A stretch of 57,631 nt of DNA, the filler included, from Asterionella formosa (lineage: Eukaryota), in assembly GCA_002256025.1 (NCBI GenBank). It is 7 parts of 7 records of this genome, joined end to end, with 100 filler letters (N's around TTAATTAATTAA, not from the genome) between each part and the next. Parts side by side here need not be neighbours in the genome. Positions count along the whole stretch, not along the records: positions 1 to 8,173 come from NKIB01012313.1; positions 8,274 to 16,440 come from NKIB01012314.1; 5 more parts are not named here. One strand, 5' to 3'. Numbering within the stretch: position 1 is the first letter of the stretch; the number at the start of each line of letters is the position of its first letter. The notes under the pieces were generated by a model. It did not search any database and was not told where the DNA came from. It saw only the letters and a program-made list of their open reading frames with translations. This document shows, one piece after another, positions 1 through 9,005 of this stretch. The position numbers and the translations under genes were made by a program.

Positions 1-59
1 GGTCTGTCTACCTTGCTTGTGGCCCCAGAAATTTCACCCAGCCATCATATTACTGTGGT

Positions 60-450
60 ATACACTCCTTCTGTTCAACAACTTATAGATGCAACATACT
101 CAGCGCCTAGCCTGTCTCGATCCACGTCCTTTTAAGAAGCCCACTTTAGAAGCAAATATGCTAGAAGCAATATGTTTATCTATGTGCGTTGGTTAGATGA
201 TCATATTAAAGATACATGTGGATATTTTTGGGCTATTGATTTTTGTTGGCTATTTTACTGCATTTCTGAAAAAATAAATTTCGTTCCACAGATTTCGAAT
301 AATGTAGCTTATGTTTTGTGCATGCCCAGATTTATAATGAGCTTGCCATCCATCATGCTGACTGTCTCATCAGCATTGACCTGCCTCGCTTTTGAGGTTG
401 CAAAGCAAGCAATCTTATCAATCAATAATGTATTGTTGCTGTTCTGGTGT
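60..450 (-). pseudogene. Possible highly decayed Copia RNase H remnant
   Basis: Broken minus-strand frames give LGMHKT*ATLFE...SIAQKY...SNQRT / KHIASS / DRDRLGAEYVAS, loosely resembling Copia RNase H (PT.IYEDN..AI..A.NP..H.RTKHI....G.I.LEYV.S). Weak match. Confidence 0.25.
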
Positions 451-878
451 TAAATCATTCTTCTTATGTCTATTGACTAAAGAAGGTCAAAAGAAGGGGG
501 GGGGCTCAGAGCAAGCATCCCAATCAGGGCGCAATTTTTCTAAAAATGTACAAAATGTATTGTATTTCTTGCTCACCAGTATACATGCTGTGCTACTAAA
601 TGTGTATTCAGGAATGTAGGTAGAGACTACCTGAACATATGCATATTCTACATAGATAAACAACTATATTTATTCCCATATATTTTAGACATTTCATAAC
701 AACACATATGCATATGGACACTCATTGGTGGTTGGAACTGCACTAGTTAGTAAACTCATTTTATGATTGCTTTATGTGCACCATGATGGAATCTAGCTCT
801 CCAGTGACCTCCAATTTTTTCAATTGGGGTTTTGGGACTGGGAGTTTGAGATTGGGGAATGAGTTTCACCCCAAAATA

Positions 879-1053
879 GATCCTGAAACATCAATCTTGG
901 CAGCAAGCTTCTTAACATGGAAATGGACCATTTGAGTCATTGGACTTTAGTCGAGTCCACAGACCTTGTGACTCGTTATGGCGATTGATGCTACCAGGTA
1001 CCAGGTACCGGTACCTGGTTCTGGTACCAGGTACCACCATTATGTCCTTGACA
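879..1053 (-). mobile_element. Diverged 5' part of Copia family A LTR, interrupted by a GGTACC tract
   Basis: 879-993 aligns with the LTR at 33295-33598 (catcaatc..gcaagcttctt..accatttga.tcattggact.tagtcgagtccacag.ccttgtgactc.ttat..c.attgatgcta). The LTR terminus resumes at 1041-1053 (tatgtccttgaca) after a 47-bp insertion. Confidence 0.75.
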
Positions 1054-1240
1054 CTGGTTGACATTAATAATTTACCGGTATGATGAAGGAGTGCCTGGTA
1101 CCTGGTACCTGGTACCTACCTGGTAGCATGGTAACTGGTAGACTACCGGTACCTGATATCAGTGGAAACTGGAATACCCGTAAACCAGGAACATGGTATC
1201 CCGGTGGTCTTACCTAACGGTATATACCCGGTACCGGTAT
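994..1240. repeat. GGTACC(A/T)/ACCGGT low-complexity tract (member of a dispersed family)
   Basis: Runs of ccaggta, cctggta and accggt. Similar tracts lie near 7378, 8583, 13495, 19470, 26466, 28290, 31801, 39510, 49207, 56515 and 56680. Confidence 0.85.
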
Positions 1241-1933
1241 CGGTAGTCTCAATCATTTTTTTATGGTCTATGTGTGCTTATACTTCTTTATTACATCATC
1301 AATGGAACTTACAGCTAACGGCTCGCATTGGCTGCCTCGCGCGCATTTTCTCGCCGTCTGTACCGTCACTACTGGATTCTACCAAGTCGACAAATCAACT
1401 GCCAAAAGATCCCTTAGGCGTTCACAATCTAAAAATTAAATAAATAATTTCCATTCCACATCACTCCAGGAAAGGTGAGGAAGGCCATGTTCGTCCCGAG
1501 CAGTGTACTAAAGGGTTCTTTGATACGATTGTAGCGGTGCAACGATGAATAATGATAACATAAGCCAGCAAGGCCAGAAACAAGAAAGAGGACCCGACGA
1601 TCCAACGTAAATCTGATTTTGTCATTGCGGGTCTGGACAGAAAACAAACGTCTGATAACGTGTAGTGTACAGTAGCGTTGCATGCAATGATAGCTCTTAT
1701 TGCGATGTGAAGGGGGGCCATGCAGTCCAATAGAAAAGGATCCGAGAAGCGCTTGACGGAATTGCAGAATGAGAGAAAAAATTGTTTCGTGCACCTTCTG
1801 GCGAAATAGCCGTTGACGGGCGGATACACGAAGGGAACAAATGATTGCGCACATGCTACTTTCCCCCTCCCTAACTTCATCACGTAGTGGCTCACTTTTT
1901 CTTTTTCTCGCACTGCAGAATTTTCAGTTCAAA

Positions 1934-2488
1934 ATGAGTGAAGAAAGCAAGACTCCCGATGCCGATTACGTGCACATGGGCAGTGGCAAAGGCATTGTCC
2001 CTGGAAGTGGCAAGGGCTTCCTAGCGGATTCGCTGGACGATCCTAACCTCACTCAAGAGGAACGCGACATGCGCCTTGCCATTGCCCTTCAGCAACAAGA
2101 GAACGCTGCCGCCTACGACGCACACAAGGCCAAGCACGACGCCACTCTTAAGGCCAACGACCAGCGCACCACCCGGTCCAACACCTTTACTCGTCTCGCC
2201 GCGGTCCGCGACAAGGATCACGGAATGCTCTATGTTCCTGCTGAGTACACCACCGAGAACGCCTATGTCAAGCAAACCGAAACTGGATACTTGGCCCCGC
2301 CACCGGCTGGAGCCAGTCCACAGGAGATTGCAGACTACAACATGGCTGCTCACCTCCAAAAGGTGGAGCAAGTTGGGGCTGGAACTGTCCAGACAATGAC
2401 CAAGATTATTACCGAGGAAAAGGAAGATGCTGAAGCTCAGGCACACCGCACCGAACGCAGTAACTACGCGCTTCCACCAAAGCATTAA
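1934..2488 (+). CDS. Hypothetical 184-aa protein with two MIU/CCDC50-like helical motifs (possible ubiquitin binder)
   Basis: Open frame from aaaATG with coding-like codon use. Motifs QEERDMRLAIALQQQE and QEIADYNMAAHLQKVE resemble D..LA..LQ.EE ubiquitin-binding helices. Confidence 0.75.
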   Translation: MSEESKTPDADYVHMGSGKGIVPGSGKGFLADSLDDPNLTQEERDMRLAIALQQQENAAAYDAHKAKHDATLKANDQRTTRSNTFTRLAAVRDKDHGMLYVPAEYTTENAYVKQTETGYLAPPPAGASPQEIADYNMAAHLQKVEQVGAGTVQTMTKIITEEKEDAEAQAHRTERSNYALPPKH

Positions 2489-2911
2489 GTTTTCAAATTG
2501 CCCCTGAACACCCAGACACTACAAGAGGTTAAGTTAATTGATGAACAGAACTCGATCGAGACGGAACAAATTCATGATTATCCATAGAATAATCATAGTT
2601 ATGTATGGAACGAACATTGTTGGATGATGCAGCCTACACCAAGATACTCGTGTTCAGTGGGTCGTGCCCAGTTAGTAGCAGGATATTGACCCTGTCGCAC
2701 TGTTTTGTCTCCACCTTGACAGTCCCCAGTTTCATAGCCCATGGACATGATTGATTTTGAACAAATTTGAATCTCTTTTTTTATAGCCTACCGGTACTAC
2801 ATCTCATGAAAGAGGAAATTGTATATAAGTATCCTAGAAAAAAAACCTAGCAAAGCGATAGAGACAATGACGTCGAGGAGGGATACGCATTATTACTACC
2901 ATACCCATCCA

Positions 2912-4480
2912 TTAAACCCCAAAGGGTATATCATGTTTTTGCAACTCGTCGTCGTCGTCGGATACGCCATCGTCCTCATCGCTCTCATCTCCTACAAGAA
3001 ACTGTTGCTTTTGTCTGATCTTCCGAGCCAACTCAGCAGCTGACGGAGCGGCGACAAGGTTGACAATGGCACGTGTAGCAACGGAAATAATATTTGATTT
3101 AACCGAGTGTTTTGCATCCATCGCCGAAAGTGCCACACCATTCACTGGTTCCATTGTGGAGTCTATATCGGTTGCTTCAGTGGAAAACGGACCGGCTATC
3201 AACGCAGTATTCGTCTCGACGGCGCATGGTTTTTTGGGCTCGATATTCGAGACTTCACAATCTGTGACCAAAACGACCTCACTATCCAATGGTTTGGGTA
3301 CAATTTCCTTGTCAGTAGCATCTGAGGCATGATCGATCAATGCTACTTCCACAGAGATAGCAGCAGGTTCAGGTTTTCTTTCGACAGCTGTCGACAGCGC
3401 AGTAGCATGCACCAAGGACGGAATAGGGCCAGCGACTACAGACTCCACTGAGGTTGGTACGTCGTTGTGCACATCATTTGGGTCAAAATCATCCATCCAC
3501 GTCATGGCCAGAGGATCATGTGACCCCAAGCTCTCAATATCGTCAAGCTTATCCCGCGTGTATGTTTTTTGAGGATATCCATTTCCCAATGGTGACGCAG
3601 CGTCCACTAGTGCAATACCTGAATCAGTCGTAGTGTCCGTGGCATTCGTTTCTTTCTTCTTTCGTTTCGTCTGTTCCTGCCCACTACCTCGAAGATTTGG
3701 TACACAGCAAGTACGTAACCAACAATCAAAGCCTCCCACACAGGGAGCACACTTGCCACAATCAACAAGGCGCCTGCAGGCAAAGCATGCTCCACAATCT
3801 TGCCATCTCAGAGGACGACCGGACTTTCGTTGTTTGGACTTTTCTTGCACTTCATTGTGGGACGAGTCCGACAGATTTTTGTCATTGTTCGCATGCTCTA
3901 CTTTCCTTTTGAGAGGTTTGGTGATGACGTGGGATGTCAGATCGACCGTCTTTGGACGGCCCCGATTCTTAGGAACCTTGGCCCTTTCATTGGCGGTAAT
4001 CTCTTTCTGGCGACGGCTCCGTTCCGGCTTCAAACTCACTCGGATGGACTTATCTCTTTCACAGTCTGTGATCTTCTTGTTGCGGTGATCTGACCTATTT
4101 GATGATTTGGAAGTTGGTGTTGCCCCCGGTGTCAGCTCAGGACGACTTGAGTATCTTCGTTTCGTCAAGTTGTTTGGAGTCATCCACTCTGAATTGTTTG
4201 CTTGATTTTTCGAACTTTCCTTGGGTTTTTTAAACGGCTTTCTGCTGGAAGTAGCTACCTCTTTCAACACTTCTTTCGTACACAGCGCGGCAGGAATGGT
4301 AAATTTCACCAATGGCGACTCAAATTCTGGCAATACTCTTCTAGGTTTGACCAATTTAACAACAGCAGGAAGATGCTCGTCCACAGCTCCTAAAATTGCA
4401 GTGCCTGAAACGCTGAGCTTGATGGGTCCCCCATACCTTTCCACAGCCTTGACCCTGCGGGTCGGCTTATCGGCTTTCAT
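2912..4480 (-). CDS. CXXC zinc-finger chromatin protein (522 aa)
   Basis: CGACFACRRLVDCGKCAPC-VGGFD-CWLRTC matches the CXXC pattern CGxCxxC-x5-CGxCxxC...CxxRxC. Also an AT-hook-like RGRP, basic NLS-like runs and an acidic tail. Confidence 0.75.
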   Translation of the reverse strand: MKADKPTRRVKAVERYGGPIKLSVSGTAILGAVDEHLPAVVKLVKPRRVLPEFESPLVKFTIPAALCTKEVLKEVATSSRKPFKKPKESSKNQANNSEWMTPNNLTKRRYSSRPELTPGATPTSKSSNRSDHRNKKITDCERDKSIRVSLKPERSRRQKEITANERAKVPKNRGRPKTVDLTSHVITKPLKRKVEHANNDKNLSDSSHNEVQEKSKQRKSGRPLRWQDCGACFACRRLVDCGKCAPCVGGFDCWLRTCCVPNLRGSGQEQTKRKKKETNATDTTTDSGIALVDAASPLGNGYPQKTYTRDKLDDIESLGSHDPLAMTWMDDFDPNDVHNDVPTSVESVVAGPIPSLVHATALSTAVERKPEPAAISVEVALIDHASDATDKEIVPKPLDSEVVLVTDCEVSNIEPKKPCAVETNTALIAGPFSTEATDIDSTMEPVNGVALSAMDAKHSVKSNIISVATRAIVNLVAAPSAAELARKIRQKQQFLVGDESDEDDGVSDDDDELQKHDIPFGV

Positions 4481-5285
4481 TGGAATGTCGACAACAAGTA
4501 CAACGACGAGCCCTATTCATCATTATTCGCCGTCTTGAAAATCTGACAATCCAAATGTGGTGACCAAATTTTTTTTTATATTTTTATCGAGATTTGCAAT
4601 GAGATGCAAGAATTATTGGAATGGTGCAAGGAGAAAGAGGCTGAGATTTGAAGCACCCGCCGGCCGGTTTTGGAGTTTTAGTCATCTTTAGTGAGAAAAA
4701 CGAGTAAAACAACGATTTCGACAGGTGCAAAGATGACTGAATTATTCATTGAATCAGTTAAAAATGAACTTAAAAATCGGTTTGCTTGCTTCCTTCACAG
4801 CCTTCAATTTCANNNNNNNNNNNNNNNNNNNNNNNNNNNNNNNNNNNNNNNNNNNNNNNNNNNNNNNNNNNNNNNNNNNNNNNNNNNNNNNNNNNNNNNN
4901 NNNNNNNNNNNNNNNNNNNNNNNNNNNNNNNNNNNNNNNNNNNNNNNNNNNNNNNNNNNNNNNNNNNNNNNNNNNNNNNNNNNNNNNNNNNNNNNNNNNN
5001 NNNNNNNNNNNNNNNNNNNNNNNNNNNNNNNNNNNNNNNNNNNNNNNNNNNNNNNNNNNNNNNNNNNNNNNNNNNNNNNNNNNNNNNNNNNNNNNNNNNN
5101 NNNNNNNNNNNNNNNNNNNNNNNNNNNNNNNNNNNNNNNNNNNNNNNNNNNNNNNNNNNNNNNNNNNNNNNNNNNNNNNNNNNNNNNNNNNNNNNNNNNN
5201 NNNNNNNNNNNNNNNNNNNNNNNNNNNNNNNNNNNNNNNNNNNNNNNNNNNNNNNNNNTAATATAATTGATCGAATGATGTCTGT

Positions 5286-6860
5286 CTACTCAATCGCAAC
5301 AGGATTGCCTTTGCCAAAGAGGATATTCAAGCCGGAAACTTCCGAAAAGGCAGCGCAATTTCCACTCCTGAGTTGCATGTAGACATTGTCCTCGAATGTC
5401 TCGTGTTGGCTTTCATTGAGCAAGCCAGCAGAGACGAGCGCAGCTTCATAGTTGCTAAACTGGCAATCGTTCTTACTTTGAAGACATCTGTAAGACCTCG
5501 AACCGTTGAGAACGAGATTGGGAAAGCGCCAAGGGAATTTTCTACCAACCAAATCGTTGATTAGGGGGGAGACCACCTCGCTTGCGATGAAAACTTGTGA
5601 ATCGAGAGATGTTTCGACAAGTTGGAAATTGCTGACCGCAGAGAGGATCTTGTTGTATTCATCAACGATAGCCTTGCTCAGGATGTCGACGCAGGTGCCA
5701 TTCATCCTGTTGAAATCGACTTTAAGCATCTCAACTGACAGAGGCCCAGAGTATAATGTGCTGGCTGGCTTTGGCTTTGGATTCTTCTTGGCTAAAGCAT
5801 TGGTGTCTTCGTCGAAACGAACTTTCACATCAGTGATGTGAGCAAAGGCAGCAAATGAGGAGCTTTTCAGAGCTGCTTCCAGATCAAGTTCGAATTCACG
5901 ATGGGTCATTAGTAACTCATTGGATTTCGCAAGTGATTGAGTTGATGTAAATCGGGGTGGATTTCTGGCTCGCCAATTTACACCAGGTTCAAGGCACAGA
6001 TTGCATGCAGAATTCAATTTGCCGGCCAACCTGGCATAAGCAGAAGAATAATATCCGATGCCGACGTCTGTGACGGTACCTTTGGGAACGGGAGGGGTAG
6101 TAAATTGCGCCGTCAAGGAGTTGCTGCTCAAAAGTGTAGCAGTATATTCGCCTCCAGATAGCACCCTATTGTACGAAACAACCGCCTGATCATTAGCAAA
6201 GACCATTGCTGCCGCAGTCATCTTGTCGGCATCGAGATTGTCAATATGGAAGAACATTGTTTGCGTGGCGGTAGTATCATCGGTAAGAATGGCGGTATCA
6301 GCAGTTGGAGTGGGTGCGTGACGTTCGTTAGGAGTAACGTTCGTGTTTGCAACATATGCAATATCAACTTCCCGAAGAGACTTGAAGGCAGCACAGCCCG
6401 ATTGCTTGAGTTCCTTGCGTGTCTGGATCTCAAACTGACGGTGTAGGAAGATGATATTGACTGGTCTGTCCTCTTGAAGGGCGATTCCAGGAATGAGGTT
6501 GGTATCTTGGTGGTCGCACAATGTGCAGCCAAAGTCAATTCTGCCTCCGATACGGATCGTGGCCGAAACAGGCTTGCGAAGTGTCGCCTTGTTAGTTGCG
6601 GCATCATCATCGTCATAGTTTGCTGCGTCGACCTCTGTAGTGAACTTGAGACCAGCAATGGAGAAGTCTGAGTTCTTGTGAACAGTTTGGAAGGCATTTT
6701 TGACTGCATGATCGACGGCAGAAAAGCAGTTGGGGTCAAGTGCAGAGGTGGTATCTCCGATGACATGGGTGAGGGTGAGAAGGACCTCTTGAGACCCAAT
6801 GGAGGCAGCCAATACTGGCGCTACCAAGGCGAGGAAGGAAACAGTGGTGTTAAGTTTCAT
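5286..6860 (-). CDS. Secreted protein with three internal repeats (524 aa), function unknown
   Basis: Signal peptide MKLNTTVSFLALVAPVLA. Three units end in HRQFE..L.QSGCAAF, HREFE..L.SSSFAAF and HETFE..L.SGNCAAF. Confidence 0.85.
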   Translation of the reverse strand: MKLNTTVSFLALVAPVLAASIGSQEVLLTLTHVIGDTTSALDPNCFSAVDHAVKNAFQTVHKNSDFSIAGLKFTTEVDAANYDDDDAATNKATLRKPVSATIRIGGRIDFGCTLCDHQDTNLIPGIALQEDRPVNIIFLHRQFEIQTRKELKQSGCAAFKSLREVDIAYVANTNVTPNERHAPTPTADTAILTDDTTATQTMFFHIDNLDADKMTAAAMVFANDQAVVSYNRVLSGGEYTATLLSSNSLTAQFTTPPVPKGTVTDVGIGYYSSAYARLAGKLNSACNLCLEPGVNWRARNPPRFTSTQSLAKSNELLMTHREFELDLEAALKSSSFAAFAHITDVKVRFDEDTNALAKKNPKPKPASTLYSGPLSVEMLKVDFNRMNGTCVDILSKAIVDEYNKILSAVSNFQLVETSLDSQVFIASEVVSPLINDLVGRKFPWRFPNLVLNGSRSYRCLQSKNDCQFSNYEAALVSAGLLNESQHETFEDNVYMQLRSGNCAAFSEVSGLNILFGKGNPVAIE

Positions 6861-8173
6861 GGTTATTAGCGAAGTTGGTTGAGGAGAGATTCTACCGGTA
6901 CTAGGCTAGAGCAATTGTTGCTTTTGTAATTTGTGAGCACATCAACTGGGGAACTGATCATCGATGGTCGTGTTGAATCTCGTGGCCATGTACTGGGAGG
7001 TTGCCTAGATCGACTTTAACTCCCTATTATTTTAACATACACATATCTCCACTGCTTCCATTAGTACTAGAATGCCGTCAACTATTTTACTGCGAAGGTG
7101 GCTATAGAAGGGACACGGTAAGAAGGAAACAGTGACTAAAAATACTTCGGCCCCCCTAATACATACTATGTGTTCTTGAAATGAAGCAAGAACGGGAGGG
7201 CGCATATCATTAAGTAGACCGGAACTACATACAATATTACTTAGGAGGAGTCATGGAATCGAGGGCTTGGGTTGAGATGTACTTAGCAATGGACAACATC
7301 AATGCAAGAAGGGTCTTGGTTGGTTGGAATGAATCACACTATATGTACCGTCAATATCTGCAGGTAACTACACGATACTACCAGGTACCATGGTACCTGG
7401 TAGTGGTACACCATATACGTTAGGATAAAAGGTTGAGTCGAGTTTGCTCAGAAGGATGAATATATGCATCATTCATTGCTTGTTCACCCAATCTGTGAAG
7501 TACTGGTACACATAGTATGAAAGGGTAATTCAGCATTTACACATTCATCATGTTCTCTTGTGTTGCTTGCCTTGAATCACCGTCATCCCTATAAATATGT
7601 GTGTCTGAATATATACCAGTATGTATTTTAATAATTACATATTTCACATTCCGCCAAGGAGTAGTAAAGTGCATTTCAACACCGGTGTTGTATTTGTTAG
7701 CAGAGGAAAAAATATTGCAGCATGCGTCCTCTGGTAAAGTCATTCAATGTTGAACAGCATGCACAGTAATAACTATGGTGAAGACATGTATATAGTAGTG
7801 TGTGCTGTAGTATGACATGACAATTTCAAATGGATGATTTGATACATTGAAGAAAGGATCTTGACTTGAAATTACTTGGTGTGCAAAATACCACCATTAG
7901 TAACTGGTGCTTCCCATTTGTAAGTGCTTATACAAACTGACATCTCCAGAGATGTGCATCGAAAATTTTTCCTTTTCCTTCTCAGAATTATGACATTTGC
8001 AGAAAAGACGGATGAACATATATACATAGTGAGAGGGATGAGGGAGGGAATTAGCAGCTGCAACAAATTCTTAATGATAACACCGCTTCCCTTGGGCTTC
8101 CAGCATGTACAGGCTCAGTTGATTGTGTGCACATTGGGTGGAATCAATGTCCCTTGTCCTACCAAGCAAAATA

Positions 8174-8273
8174 NNNNNNNNNNNNNNNNNNNNNNNNNNN
8201 NNNNNNNNNNNNNNNNNTTAATTAATTAANNNNNNNNNNNNNNNNNNNNNNNNNNNNNNNNNNNNNNNNNNNN
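8174..8273. other. Artificial scaffold spacer N44-TTAATTAATTAA-N44 (also at 16441-16540, 24696-24795, 32949-33048, 41186-41285, 49420-49519)
   Basis: Identical 100-bp linker with stops in all six frames. The segments it separates decrease monotonically in length. Confidence 0.95.
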
Positions 8274-8581
8274 TGTCTCTGCTTCTAGCCTTCCTGCTAG
8301 ATAGACTAATTGACCTTCCTGTCAATTAACACACTGTTTCCTCGGTTGATAATCTAAATCTCAAATTAAATTATAAGCTAAACTAAATGTTTCCTTTCCA
8401 TGCATCTTTGCTTCCTGCAAAGTCATTCTAAGACTCTCTTCGAGTTTCCACTTAACATTTCCATAGAAATCTTCAATCTCTGATCTCGTTAGACAGCTGA
8501 TTGACGTGGCAATGCAATATTCGACTCGTTCGATTACAATCGAGTCCACAATCCTTGTGACTCGGGCTAATATTCTTGACA
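8274..8581 (-). mobile_element. LTR (308 bp) of a Copia subfamily related to family A
   Basis: Minus strand runs TGTCAAGAATA...GCAGAGACA. Both ends are similar to the 304-bp LTRs at 31833 and 33598; the middle is diverged. Confidence 0.75.
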
Positions 8582-9005
8582 ACCTGGTACCAGGTACCAG
8601 GCATTATCGGCGGCACCAGGTACCGTTACTACTATTCATCGTAATCGCCCACAACTGTCATCATGATATCATCACCAGCATGCCCTTTGGTATTCACGCA
8701 CTATACGTACCGGTACAGCCGGTATTTCGGCTCGCTCGTGCCGAACCAGTTCTCCGGGTCGTTTCAACATGATACATGTGCGTGACTGTTGCTTGTTGAT
8801 ATTTGCGATCTATGTAGGAAACTGCGCCGTCGTACACTTTAGGTTTACCGTTAGCGCGCTGGGTGGCCTCCAATCAAACACGTGACATTTTTTGCTTTGA
8901 GCGAGCAATGCACATTCGATTGCATCGAATTAGAAATCACTTGTCGAAACTTTTACGCACTTAGACTGTACGTTAACCAATACTTTCATATACGAGAAAA
9001 TCACC

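Noticed and set aside
4691..5382. Long ORFs containing X runs (also near 17.8, 19.8 and 46 kb)
   Set aside because: Artefacts of reading through N gaps.
7500..8173. Possible Copia integrase remnant (GVEMHFTTPW)
   Set aside because: One weak motif with no supporting catalytic residues in neighbouring frames.
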